DNA of 55,531 bases from positions 1 to 55,531 of the IMG/VR virus record IMGVR_UViG_3300030419_002835; one strand, written 5' to 3'. A model generated the notes under the pieces. It made no database searches. It saw only the letters and a list, made by a program, of their open reading frames with translations, and was not told the DNA's origin. The stretch comes from a virus. Taxonomy: Duplodnaviria; Caudoviricetes. How positions within the stretch are numbered: position 1 is the first letter of the stretch; each line of letters opens with the position of its first letter. The translations under genes and the position numbers were made by a program. Positions 38,661 to 48,223 of this stretch are shown here, piece after piece.

Positions 38661-39566
38661 ATGACTAAAAAATGTCCTCCAGGCAAATATTATTGCTATG
38701 ATAGGAAAAAGTGTATGCCTATTCCTAGTGGATATCATATAGGTGCAAGAGGGTATTTAGTGTCCGATCGTAAAAATGGAAATGGCAACGGTAATGGGTC
38801 CAATAACGGGAATGGAAATGGCCATGCTAATGGTAACGGTAACGGTACTGGGAATGGCAACGGCAATGGTGGCGGCGTTAGTGAAGGATTAATGAATATT
38901 CCACTGAAACTTGAAATTCCAGCTACTATTGGTGAATTTAAAACAGGTTTGATGTTTAGAGAAACATTAGACGAAAATACAGGAATGCTTTTTATTTTTG
39001 ATAGTGTTGCTAATCATTCCTTCCATATGAAAAATACAACTATTCCTCTTGATATTGCTTTTATTAATAGAGAAGGAATTATTGAATCTATTAAATCACT
39101 TAATCCATTAAGTCGAGAGCATGTTTTTGCTGATGCATCAGTTCTTTATGCTCTAGAAGTAAATCGTGGGTGGTTTAAAGAGAATAATGTAAATGTTGGA
39201 GATCAAATTTTGAATCCTCTCTCTGAAGATGTACAAATACATGATTCAAAAGGAAATCTTTATGCTGAAATAATTGATATTATTAAACCAGAACCTATTA
39301 AAGTTCCACAATCAAATATTAAATGGATAGAGTTGGATGAGGCGACAAGACTTCCAACTAAGACAGGAAATATAATATTCGTTTATTTGTCTTGGAGAGC
39401 AAAGAACTTCGTGTTACAAATGTTCTTCCCTCAATCCAAGAAACCTTCACGCAGAGAAGTACAGGATCAATTGGAAAAAGTATATCCTGGTGCTAAACTC
39501 TGGAATTATCAAATCTCAAGCTATGAACCAGGAGAACCACTTCTCCAAGCCGGAGAAAGTAAATAA
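38661..39566 (+). CDS. Multidomain protein: Cys-rich N-terminus, (NG)n linker, DUF192 domain and C-terminal unknown domains
   Basis: CPPGKYYC...C; GLMFRETLDENTGMLFIF...FHMKNTTIPLDIAFI...ALEVNRGWF...VGD is the DUF192 signature; GATAAATA at 38621-38628. Confidence 0.82.
   Translation: MTKKCPPGKYYCYDRKKCMPIPSGYHIGARGYLVSDRKNGNGNGNGSNNGNGNGHANGNGNGTGNGNGNGGGVSEGLMNIPLKLEIPATIGEFKTGLMFRETLDENTGMLFIFDSVANHSFHMKNTTIPLDIAFINREGIIESIKSLNPLSREHVFADASVLYALEVNRGWFKENNVNVGDQILNPLSEDVQIHDSKGNLYAEIIDIIKPEPIKVPQSNIKWIELDEATRLPTKTGNIIFVYLSWRAKNFVLQMFFPQSKKPSRREVQDQLEKVYPGAKLWNYQISSYEPGEPLLQAGESK
38776..38876 (+). repeat. (Asn-Gly)n low-complexity coding repeat
   Basis: NGNGNGNGSNNGNGNGHANGNGNGTGNGNGNGGG encoded with mixed AAT/AAC and GGN codons. 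Confidence 0.9.
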
Positions 39567-39657
39567 AGAATTAAAAAAAGAAGTTGAAACTTTGAGAAAG
39601 ATGTTAAATATGACTATGGATCATGAAGCAAAATTTGTTCGTAAAGCACAAAAATGA
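39523..39657 (+). CDS. Possible small coiled-coil protein, 44 aa (MNQENHFSKPEKVNKELKKEVETLRKMLNM...), overlapping the upstream gene
   Basis: ATG 39523 to TGA 39655-39657; explains the otherwise empty 39567-39668 gap. Confidence 0.45.
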   Translation: MNQENHFSKPEKVNKELKKEVETLRKMLNMTMDHEAKFVRKAQK

Positions 39658-39668
39658 GGTAATATATT

Positions 39669-41327
39669 ATGTCTGATGATGTATATCTTGGTAATCCGAA
39701 TTTAAAGAAAGCCAATACGCAGATTGAATTTACTCAGGAGCAAATTCTTGAGTTTATGAAATGTAAGGCGGATCCAGTTTATTTTGCAAAAAATCATGTA
39801 AAGATTGTTTCTTTGGATGAGGGTTTAACACAGTTCGAACCCTATCATTTTCAGGAAAAATTATTAACTAATTTCCACGAGAATAGATTTAATATCTGTA
39901 AGATGCCACGACAGACTGGTAAGTCTACTACTGTGGTATCTTATTTGTTGCATTATGCTGTATTTAATGATAGTGTAAATATTGGTATTCTTGCCAACAA
40001 AGCAGCTACTGCAAGAGAATTGTTGGGAAGGTTACAAACTGCATATGAAAATCTACCAAGATGGATGCAGCAAGGTATTTTATCTTGGAATAAAGGTTCT
40101 TTAGAATTGGAAAATGGTTCGAAAATTCTGGCTGCTTCTACCTCTGCAAGTGCTGTCCGTGGCATGTCTTTTAATATTTTGTTCTTGGATGAATTTGCAT
40201 TTGTCCCTAATCATGTTGCAGATAGTTTCTTTGCTTCTGTTTATCCTACTATTACTTCTGGTAAATCGACTAAAGTTATAATAGTATCAACGCCACATGG
40301 TATGAATCATTTCTACCGAATGTGGCATGATGCAGAGAGAAGTAAGAATGAATATATTCCTACAGATGTTCACTGGTCGGAAGTTCCTGGTAGGGATGAA
40401 AAGTGGAGAGAACAAACTATTAAGAATACTTCTGAACAACAGTTCAAGGTTGAGTTTGAGTGTGAATTTTTAGGATCTGTTGATACTCTTATTGCTCCAA
40501 GTAAATTAAGGAGCATGGTATATGAAAATCCCAAAATGCGTAATGCTGGATTAGATGTTTATGAAGAACCTATTAAAGGACATGATTATATTTGTACCGT
40601 AGACGTTGCTCGCGGAGTAGTTAAAGATTATTCTGCATTTGTAGTAATAGATATTACTACTTTTCCTCATAAGGTAGTGGGTAAGTATAGGAATAATGAA
40701 ATTAAACCTATGTTATTTCCTAATATAATTTACGATGTATGTACGAAATATAATAAAGCATTTATTCTTTGTGAGGTTAATGATGTAGGGGATCAAGTAG
40801 CATCTATATTAAATTATGATTTGGAATATGCAAATCTTCTTATGGCATCTATGAGAGGACGTGCTGGACAAGTAGTAGGCCAAGGATTTTCTGGTAAGAA
40901 GACTCAACTTGGAGTTAAGATGTCCAAGACAGTTAAGAAAGTGGGTGCTCTTAACCTTAAAACAATTATTGAATCTGATAAGTTAACATTTTGTGATTAT
41001 GAAATCCTTAGTGAATTAACTACATTTATTCAGAAAAGTAATTCCTTTGAAGCAGAAGAAGGATGTAATGATGACTTGGCAATGTGTTTGGTGATCTATG
41101 CGTGGTTAGTAGCACAAGATTATTTTAAAGAACTTACTGATCAAGATGTAAGAAAGAGATTATATGAAGAGCAAAAAAATCAAATAGAACAGGATATGGC
41201 ACCCTTTGGTTTCATGGATGATGGGATGGATGAGAGTAGTTTTGTGGATGCTGATGGGGATAGATGGTTCACAGATGAGTATGGAGATAAGGGTGGTGGG
41301 ATGAATTATATGTGGGACTACTTGTAA
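39669..41327 (+). CDS. g17: Terminase large subunit gp17
   Basis: YLGNPNLK, Walker A MPRQTGKST, Walker B LFLDEFAF, STPHG, nuclease VDVARG and NDDLAM. Confidence 0.97.
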   Translation: MSDDVYLGNPNLKKANTQIEFTQEQILEFMKCKADPVYFAKNHVKIVSLDEGLTQFEPYHFQEKLLTNFHENRFNICKMPRQTGKSTTVVSYLLHYAVFNDSVNIGILANKAATARELLGRLQTAYENLPRWMQQGILSWNKGSLELENGSKILAASTSASAVRGMSFNILFLDEFAFVPNHVADSFFASVYPTITSGKSTKVIIVSTPHGMNHFYRMWHDAERSKNEYIPTDVHWSEVPGRDEKWREQTIKNTSEQQFKVEFECEFLGSVDTLIAPSKLRSMVYENPKMRNAGLDVYEEPIKGHDYICTVDVARGVVKDYSAFVVIDITTFPHKVVGKYRNNEIKPMLFPNIIYDVCTKYNKAFILCEVNDVGDQVASILNYDLEYANLLMASMRGRAGQVVGQGFSGKKTQLGVKMSKTVKKVGALNLKTIIESDKLTFCDYEILSELTTFIQKSNSFEAEEGCNDDLAMCLVIYAWLVAQDYFKELTDQDVRKRLYEEQKNQIEQDMAPFGFMDDGMDESSFVDADGDRWFTDEYGDKGGGMNYMWDYL

Positions 41328-41381
41328 AGTGACTTTTTAATAAATAATTTCTAGATAACTGAGTCCTCGGAGAAAAAAAAC

Positions 41382-43607
41382 ATGGCAACTCCTCAATTAT
41401 CTCCTGGTGTAATCACGAGAGAGGTTGATCTTACTGTTGGGAGAGCTGATAATGTATTAAATAATATCGGTGCAATTGCTGGCCCATTTAAAATTGGTCC
41501 TGTTGAAGAAGCAACTGACATCACGACTGAACAAGAATTGATTAATGTATTCGGTAAACCAATTTCAACAGATACTCAGTATGAATACTGGATGTCTGCT
41601 TCTTCCTATTTAAGTTATGGAGGAGTTTTAAAAGTTGCTAGAGTGGACGGTAGTACACTTAACAATGCAAACGCTGGTGTTGGATACGCTGCTACTACTA
41701 GCGCAAAAGTAAAGAATTTTGATGACTATAATGCTAATTGGACTGATGACACAGTTAAGTTCTCTTATGCAGCAAAATCTCCAGGGACATGGGGAAATCA
41801 ATTAAAAGTTTGTTTTATTGATGATTTCGCAGATCAGACTATCGGTATTAGCACAATAGACTTATTGGCGCAAGGTGCTAGTATTGGTGCTGGTATTACA
41901 GTAGCATTAACTTCAGTAACTGTTGCAGGTGTTGGTACAACTACAACATACAGTGGTTATTTAAAAGGTATTGTTACAGGTGTATCTACTGATACATCAA
42001 ATGGTGATTCAACAATTGATGTTAAGATTGTTTCTAAGGTCTCAAGTGGGAGTACAGAAGAACAAATATCTTATAAGGAAAACGATCCTTTAGCATCCTT
42101 TACTTCAGGGGATTCAGTATACTTTATGAATTCATTGGGTGTTACTACTGGATTAACAAATACTGATGGGCCTGGTACTGCAGGAACAGTTACAGACTGG
42201 TATAATGCACAAACACTGGGATTAACCAATTCTACTGTTTATTGGAAGCAAATTGCTGTTAAACCCACCACTAACAAGTTTAGTGAAGATAGAAGTGGAT
42301 ATAACGATGCAATGCACGTTGTAATTGTTGATGATACTGGTACAGTAACTGGAATTCAAGGTAATATCCTTGAAAAGAATATTAGTATTTCTAAAGCATC
42401 AGATGCTGTATCTGCGGTTAATTCTCCACAGAAGATTTACTATAAGGATTATCTAAGTCAGTCCTCTGATTATATCTACGCGGGAGGAAATCCATCTTCC
42501 GCAGCAGATGGATACTGGGGTACTACTCCTACAGCTACTGGATTCACTACTTATTCTGGTACTGCATCTGCATCCTTTACTCCTATTACAGATGCAAATG
42601 GTATCTGGGGACAAGCAGCACAAGGAATTACCTATAGTGCTATTGGTAATAAAACTTACACCTTAACTGGTGGTAAAGATTATAGTGATACTGGTGGATT
42701 CAAGGCAACTTTAGGTAGTCTTGCTACTGCATATGATTTATTCTCTAATAAAGATGAAATTGATGTAGATTTCTTGATTAACGGCCCAGGACTTAGTGTA
42801 GAGACTGAATCTCAAGCAAAAGCAAATAAACTAATTGCTATTGCCGAGTCTAGACAAGATTGTGTTGCTGTTGTTTCTCCGCATAGAGGAAACGTTGTTA
42901 ATGTAACTAGTGCTGCTACTCAAACTAACAATGTTGTTAAGTTCTTTAGTCCTTTAACATCTTCTTCTTATGCAGTATTTGATAGTGGATATAAGTACGC
43001 TTATGATAGATTCAATAATAAATTCCGTTGGGTTCCTTGCAATGGAGACACTGCTGGATTGATGGTGAGAACGGATATTGAACAATATCCTTGGTATTCA
43101 CCTGCAGGACAACAAAGAGGCACGATAAATGGTGCTATCAAGTTGTCATATAATCCTAATAAGACTCAAAGAGACACTCTTTATGAATCAAGGGTTAACT
43201 CCATAATCAATCAACCTGGAAGTGGAGTTATACTTTATGGTGATAAGACTGCATTGAGTGTTTCATCTGCATTTGATCGCATTAATGTTCGTCGTCTATT
43301 CTTGACAGTGGAGCAGACATTGCAGAGAACTGCTAATGCTCAACTCTTTGAATTCAATGATCAGATTACTAGAGCAAACTTTGTTAATGTTGTTGAACCT
43401 TATCTCCGTGATGTTCAAGCAAAGAGAGGACTTTATGATTTCCGAGTTATTTGTGACGAAACAAATAACACTCCTGCGGTGGTTGACAACAATGAATTTA
43501 GGGCAGACATCTTCTTGAAACCTTCTAAGTCAATTAATTATGTAACACTTACCTTTGTTGCTACCAGAACTGGAGTCAGTTTTGATGAAGTAACTGGAAC
43601 TGTTTAA
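41382..43607 (+). CDS. g18: Tail sheath protein gp18
   Basis: LSPGVITREVD, PWYSPAG..RG, SAFDRINVRRLF, LFEFND, IFLKPSKSINYVTLTFVATRTG; AATAAATA at 41339-41346. Confidence 0.97.
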   Translation: MATPQLSPGVITREVDLTVGRADNVLNNIGAIAGPFKIGPVEEATDITTEQELINVFGKPISTDTQYEYWMSASSYLSYGGVLKVARVDGSTLNNANAGVGYAATTSAKVKNFDDYNANWTDDTVKFSYAAKSPGTWGNQLKVCFIDDFADQTIGISTIDLLAQGASIGAGITVALTSVTVAGVGTTTTYSGYLKGIVTGVSTDTSNGDSTIDVKIVSKVSSGSTEEQISYKENDPLASFTSGDSVYFMNSLGVTTGLTNTDGPGTAGTVTDWYNAQTLGLTNSTVYWKQIAVKPTTNKFSEDRSGYNDAMHVVIVDDTGTVTGIQGNILEKNISISKASDAVSAVNSPQKIYYKDYLSQSSDYIYAGGNPSSAADGYWGTTPTATGFTTYSGTASASFTPITDANGIWGQAAQGITYSAIGNKTYTLTGGKDYSDTGGFKATLGSLATAYDLFSNKDEIDVDFLINGPGLSVETESQAKANKLIAIAESRQDCVAVVSPHRGNVVNVTSAATQTNNVVKFFSPLTSSSYAVFDSGYKYAYDRFNNKFRWVPCNGDTAGLMVRTDIEQYPWYSPAGQQRGTINGAIKLSYNPNKTQRDTLYESRVNSIINQPGSGVILYGDKTALSVSSAFDRINVRRLFLTVEQTLQRTANAQLFEFNDQITRANFVNVVEPYLRDVQAKRGLYDFRVICDETNNTPAVVDNNEFRADIFLKPSKSINYVTLTFVATRTGVSFDEVTGTV

Positions 43608-43640
43608 CTTTATAATTAATTACGTAAGGAGCACTCACTA

Positions 43641-44285
43641 ATGGCAAACCTCAAGACTATTACACAATTTAAGTCCAGACTTTCAGGAGGAGGCGCAAGG
43701 CCCAATCTATTTGAAGTAAATATTAATGACTTTAAATTTGCAAATCCTACATTTGATAATGAGACTTTCCAATTCCTTTGCAAAGCTGCTACTCTGCCAG
43801 CATCAAATATCACCCCGATAGAAATTCCTTTCCGAGGAAGAACTCTTAAAGTAGCTGGGGATAGGACATTTGATGTATGGACTGTATCAGTTATTAATGA
43901 TGAAGATTTCAAATTGAGAACTTCATTTGAGCAATGGATGAATGGAATTAGCAAACTATCTGATAACTCTGGTGCAACAAATCCTAATTCCTATATGGGT
44001 AATGCGGTTGTCAATCAACTAGGAAGAGGGTATAATCAAGGAGCCCAATCTGTTGCGAATAGCGGAGCCAATGATGGATCTGCAGGACAAGGTGGTGTTC
44101 AACCATTAAGAACATACTATTTCGATGGTATTTTCCCAACTAATGTTGGCGCAATAGATCTATCATATGATAGTGGCGATGCTATTGAAGAATACACTGT
44201 AGAATTCCAAGTTCAGTACTGGATGGCAGGGGCTGATTCAACATCTGGCTCACCAACTGATCTGGCTAACAATATAGTGGTATAA
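43641..44285 (+). CDS. g19: Tail tube protein gp19
   Basis: GGARPNLFEV, FLCKAATLP, FRGRTLKVAGDRTFD.W, IEEYTVEFQVQYW. Confidence 0.96.
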   Translation: MANLKTITQFKSRLSGGGARPNLFEVNINDFKFANPTFDNETFQFLCKAATLPASNITPIEIPFRGRTLKVAGDRTFDVWTVSVINDEDFKLRTSFEQWMNGISKLSDNSGATNPNSYMGNAVVNQLGRGYNQGAQSVANSGANDGSAGQGGVQPLRTYYFDGIFPTNVGAIDLSYDSGDAIEEYTVEFQVQYWMAGADSTSGSPTDLANNIVV

Positions 44286-44321
44286 TAAATAGTAGAAAGA
44301 TAAATCTCTTTAAAATAAATT

Positions 44322-46001
44322 ATGGCTAAGTTGTTTGGATTCTCTATTGAGGATCAAGAACCATTATCTCCTACTGCCGTATCCCCCGTTCCTCCGAATA
44401 ACGAGGACGGGGTTGATCACTACTTAAGTAGTGGCTTTTTTGGTTCTTATGTCGATATTGAAGGGGTTTATAGAACAGAGTTCGATCTTCTTAAAAGATA
44501 TCGTGAAATGGCACTTCATCCTGAGTGCGATAGTGCCATTGAAGATATTGTGAATGAAGCAATTGTTTCAGATACAAATGATGTACCTGTTCAAATTGAT
44601 TTAGAAAATTTGAATGCGAGTGATGGTATTAAGAAAAAAATCAGAGAAGCTTTTAAATTCGTTCTAGATTTATTGGATTTTGATAGAAAAGCACATGAGA
44701 TTTATAGGAATTGGTATATTGATGGTAGATTATATTATCATAAAATAATTGATTTGAAAAATCCCCATGAGGGAATTAAGGAATTGCGTTATATTGACGC
44801 AATGAAAATGCGTTATGTGAGACAAAAAAAGAAAAGTGAAAAGGATCAGCATCGTCTGGCCAATATGAATAATGATAATCCCATGGAATTTGAATTCCCT
44901 GAGATTGAAGAATATTTTCTTTACAGTCCTAAAAATACTTGGCCTGCTTCCAATCCTTCAGCTACTGCAGGAATTAGTGGAAGTCAAGGAATTAAAATTG
45001 CAAAAGATGCAATTACATATGTTACTTCAGGACTTGTAGATAGAAATAAAGGAACTAATTTATCATATTTACATAAAGCAATTAAATCTCTCAATCAACT
45101 TCGGATGATTGAGGATAGTTTAGTTATTTACAGATTATCTCGTGCTCCAGAGCGTAGGATTTTCTATATTGACGTAGGAAATTTACCTAAAATCAAAGCA
45201 GAGCAATATCTTCGTGATGTCATGATGCGTTATAGGAATAAGTTAGTCTATGATGCTGCTACCGGAGAGATCCGCGATGACAAGAAGTACATGGCAATGC
45301 TGGAAGATTTCTGGCTCCCTAGAAGGGAAGGAGGACGTGGTACTGAAATTTCTACTCTTCCAGGAGGCCAAAACCTCGGCGAAATTACGGACATCGAATA
45401 CTTCAAAAAGAAATTATTCAAATCATTAAATGTTCCCATCTCCCGAATTGAAGGTGATGGTGGATTTAATCTGGGAAGATCCTCAGAGATATTGAGGGAT
45501 GAAGTTAAATTTAGTAAGTTTGTTGGACGTTTGAGAAAGAGATTCTCATATATGTTCAATGATATGTTGAAGACTCAATTACTTTTAACTAATGTAATTA
45601 CCCCAGAAGACTGGGAAATAATGAGTGAACACATACAATATGACTTCTTATATGATAATCACTTCTCAGAATTAAAAGAAACTGAACTTTTAAATGAGAG
45701 ATTAGCAAGTGTTCAAACAGCAGAACCTTATATTGGTACATATTTTTCTCAAGATTATGTAAGACGTAAAATCTTACGTCAAACTGAAGAAGAGATTATA
45801 GAACAGGATAAACTCATTGAAAAAGAAATTAAGGATGGAAAGATTCCAGATCCTACTGCTCCTATAGATCCAGAGACAGGAGCTCCTCTTGAGGGTGGTC
45901 CATTAGGAATGGAACCAAATGTAAATGTAAGAGATACTGAAGTAAATACTGCTTCTACGGAATTAACGACAAATATTCTTCCAAAAGGAGGTGAAATTTA
46001 A
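44322..46001 (+). CDS. g20: Portal vertex protein gp20
   Basis: SYLHKAIK, VIYRLSRAPERRIFYIDVGNLP, MLEDFWLPRREGGRGTEISTLPGG; AATAAATA at 44284-44291. Confidence 0.97.
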   Translation: MAKLFGFSIEDQEPLSPTAVSPVPPNNEDGVDHYLSSGFFGSYVDIEGVYRTEFDLLKRYREMALHPECDSAIEDIVNEAIVSDTNDVPVQIDLENLNASDGIKKKIREAFKFVLDLLDFDRKAHEIYRNWYIDGRLYYHKIIDLKNPHEGIKELRYIDAMKMRYVRQKKKSEKDQHRLANMNNDNPMEFEFPEIEEYFLYSPKNTWPASNPSATAGISGSQGIKIAKDAITYVTSGLVDRNKGTNLSYLHKAIKSLNQLRMIEDSLVIYRLSRAPERRIFYIDVGNLPKIKAEQYLRDVMMRYRNKLVYDAATGEIRDDKKYMAMLEDFWLPRREGGRGTEISTLPGGQNLGEITDIEYFKKKLFKSLNVPISRIEGDGGFNLGRSSEILRDEVKFSKFVGRLRKRFSYMFNDMLKTQLLLTNVITPEDWEIMSEHIQYDFLYDNHFSELKETELLNERLASVQTAEPYIGTYFSQDYVRRKILRQTEEEIIEQDKLIEKEIKDGKIPDPTAPIDPETGAPLEGGPLGMEPNVNVRDTEVNTASTELTTNILPKGGEI

Positions 46002-46003
46002 GG

Positions 46004-46369
46004 ATGCAAGTTGTTATTACTGATTATGATCCCAATAGGGACGAGTGGTTTCCTAATCCTCTTGATTCAATGCCTGTTGCTACTGACAAGGGTGGATTTG
46101 ACTGGGAAGATACGGCACCATCTGAGTATGAACCCCCAAATGATAATAAGTGGGCTCCTGCAGAAAAGAGAGCAGAGTTAGAATCTAATCCACGTCCTGA
46201 AGAGGAGGTGGCAGATTGGTTCGCTGAAAATCCAGATGAAAGTGATGATATAGAGAAGGAAAAAACCATGCATGAAAAGATGTATCAGATTGCCACTGCA
46301 AAGTATAATCCCTTTGCTGTAGGAGGTTCTGAAAATTTAGGAGGAGGTTCGGAACAAATACAGAAATGA
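46004..46369 (+). CDS. Acidic, Pro-rich hypothetical protein, 121 aa
   Basis: Starts 2 nt after the g20 stop; overlaps the next ORF by ATGA. Confidence 0.7.
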   Translation: MQVVITDYDPNRDEWFPNPLDSMPVATDKGGFDWEDTAPSEYEPPNDNKWAPAEKRAELESNPRPEEEVADWFAENPDESDDIEKEKTMHEKMYQIATAKYNPFAVGGSENLGGGSEQIQK

Positions 46370-46581
46370 TTGATGAAGACGAGAGAGGACAACCTTTTAT
46401 TAAAGTAGATTTTAACGTTAATGATGTACGTTTACTTTATAATGCTGTAGATTTTTATTTGGAAAATAGGGTAGAAGTTCTTGATGGTAAGGAAGAAATA
46501 AAAGATCCTACTGAAAATGTGGTTGCAATGAAGAGACTTTTATATCAAATGGTACTCGAAGCAAACTTCCACCTTCAGTAG
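46366..46581 (+). CDS. Hypothetical protein, 71 aa
   Basis: Translationally coupled (ATGA overlap); ends just before a late promoter. Confidence 0.7.
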   Translation: MIDEDERGQPFIKVDFNVNDVRLLYNAVDFYLENRVEVLDGKEEIKDPTENVVAMKRLLYQMVLEANFHLQ

Positions 46582-46583
46582 TG

Positions 46584-46591
46584 TATAAATA
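46584..46591 (+). promoter_or_regulatory. T4 late promoter
   Basis: Exact TATAAATA. Confidence 0.8.
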
Positions 46592-46619
46592 CTACAGGTT
46601 ACACTATTGATGTATTACA

Positions 46620-46919
46620 ATGCCTGAAATTAACAATGAATTAATGGATATGATCATGGCTGATGAATCTCCATCGCAAATTAGTGATAAAATAAAGGAT
46701 ATACTTTTTGCTAAGTCTGCAAAGAGAGTCGATGATTTTCGACCAACTACGGCAAATTCTTTATTTGGTGATCAGGAGTCTGCTGATGAAGTAGATGCTG
46801 AGGTTGCAGCCGCTGCTGCAGTTGTTAATGGAGATGATCCTACTGCTGCAGAATATAATGCAGGATCAGAAGAAGGAGTTGAAGCGGAAGCTGATACTGA
46901 AGACTCTTCTGACGATTGA
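46620..46919 (+). CDS. Small acidic protein, possible prohead core component (gp67-like by position and composition)
   Basis: Between g20 and g21; ISDKIKDILFAKSA helix and very acidic tail. Confidence 0.55.
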   Translation: MPEINNELMDMIMADESPSQISDKIKDILFAKSAKRVDDFRPTTANSLFGDQESADEVDAEVAAAAAVVNGDDPTAAEYNAGSEEGVEAEADTEDSSDD

Positions 46920-46923
46920 AAAA

Positions 46924-46942
46924 TATAAATAAATAAATAAAT
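46924..46942 (+). promoter_or_regulatory. T4 late promoter with tandem TAAA reiteration
   Basis: TATAAATAAATAAATAAAT. Confidence 0.75.
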
Positions 46943-46957
46943 GGAACTTTTACTATA

Positions 46958-47521
46958 ATGGCACATAGACCGGTTGGAACAGGGATTTCACTCGTCACGG
47001 GTGCATCTAGCGGAATGACAACTTCTTTTAACGTCCAAACTGACGCTGTAAGGGTTGTTTCTGTTACTGCTGATGCGTTTGTGGAAGTTGGAGGTAATCC
47101 TACTGCATTTACAACATCTTATTATATCCCAACTGGTGGAACTGGGGTACTTGATATACCAAAAGCATCAAATCGTGTTGTGAGTATGACTGCGGGAACA
47201 ACAACTTTAATTGATTGTCCCGAAGGAATGCAACAACCATTTGCGGTTGGTGATTATATTACCTTAAAAAGAGGAAGTGGTTGTGATGTAAATTGGGAAA
47301 ACTTGGTTAACCATGCATATGTAACTAATGTGAATCACACTTCTGGAGTGGGTGGATATTATGGTACAAGATTGACATGCGATGCGAATACTTCGGGTAT
47401 TAGTACTGCCTTTAGTTCCCATGATGCATCATTAGTATTATCACGCAGAGTTGCAGTAAGAACTTCTGGTTCTGCTGGAGTTGCTTATATTCAACAAGTT
47501 CAAATTTCAGGAGATCAGTGA
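46958..47521 (+). CDS. Hypothetical beta-rich virion protein, 187 aa
   Basis: Late promoter upstream; stop overlaps the g21 start; Gly/Thr/Ser rich. Confidence 0.75.
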   Translation: MAHRPVGTGISLVTGASSGMTTSFNVQTDAVRVVSVTADAFVEVGGNPTAFTTSYYIPTGGTGVLDIPKASNRVVSMTAGTTTLIDCPEGMQQPFAVGDYITLKRGSGCDVNWENLVNHAYVTNVNHTSGVGGYYGTRLTCDANTSGISTAFSSHDASLVLSRRVAVRTSGSAGVAYIQQVQISGDQ

Positions 47522-48171
47522 TGAAACTAATCAGAGAAGAAATTGAAACCGTAGAATTTCTCGTCGAAAATCGTAACGGCAAAAAGTCCATGTATATTGA
47601 AGGTGTATTCCTTCAAGGGAATATCCAAAACCGTAATGGTAGGATGTATCCTATAGAAACTCTTCGTAAAGAAGTAGCACGTTATAATGAGAATCATATT
47701 CAAAGTGGAAGAGCACTTGGAGAATTGGGACATCCTGATGGACCAACTGTAAACCTTGATAGAGTTTCTCATAAAATTACTTCTTTAAGAGAATCTGGTT
47801 CCAACTTTATTGGAAAAGCAAAGATTTTATCTACACCCATGGGTAAAATTGCATCTTCATTAATTGAAGAAGGTGTAAAATTAGGTGTTTCTTCTCGTGG
47901 TATTGGTTCATTAAGGCCAACCAAAGAAGGAGTCAATGTTGTTGGTGACGATTTTATGTTAGCAACTGCTGCTGATATCGTTGCTGATCCTTCAGCTCCC
48001 GATGCATTCGTAGAGGGAATTATGGAAGGAAAAGATTGGGTTTGGGACGGTGGAGTCCTGCGTGAAAGGTTAGCACATAAAACCTATAAGACTATTAATA
48101 CCCTAGTTGATCAAAAGAAACTCGATGAAAATAAGTTAAACTTATTTAACGACTTCCTTTTGAATTTATAA
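47521..48171 (+). CDS. g21: Prohead core protease gp21
   Basis: MKLIREE, NRNGRMYP, ALGELGHP, LGVSSRGIGS, DIVADPSAPDAFV. Confidence 0.97.
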   Translation: MKLIREEIETVEFLVENRNGKKSMYIEGVFLQGNIQNRNGRMYPIETLRKEVARYNENHIQSGRALGELGHPDGPTVNLDRVSHKITSLRESGSNFIGKAKILSTPMGKIASSLIEEGVKLGVSSRGIGSLRPTKEGVNVVGDDFMLATAADIVADPSAPDAFVEGIMEGKDWVWDGGVLRERLAHKTYKTINTLVDQKKLDENKLNLFNDFLLNL

Positions 48172-48174
48172 TTT

Positions 48175-48182
48175 TATAAATA
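48175..48182 (+). promoter_or_regulatory. T4 late promoter before g22
   Basis: Exact TATAAATA. Confidence 0.8.
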
Positions 48183-48223
48183 AATATAGATTTTAACTAC
48201 ACAGGTCAACGGAGCTGAACAAA

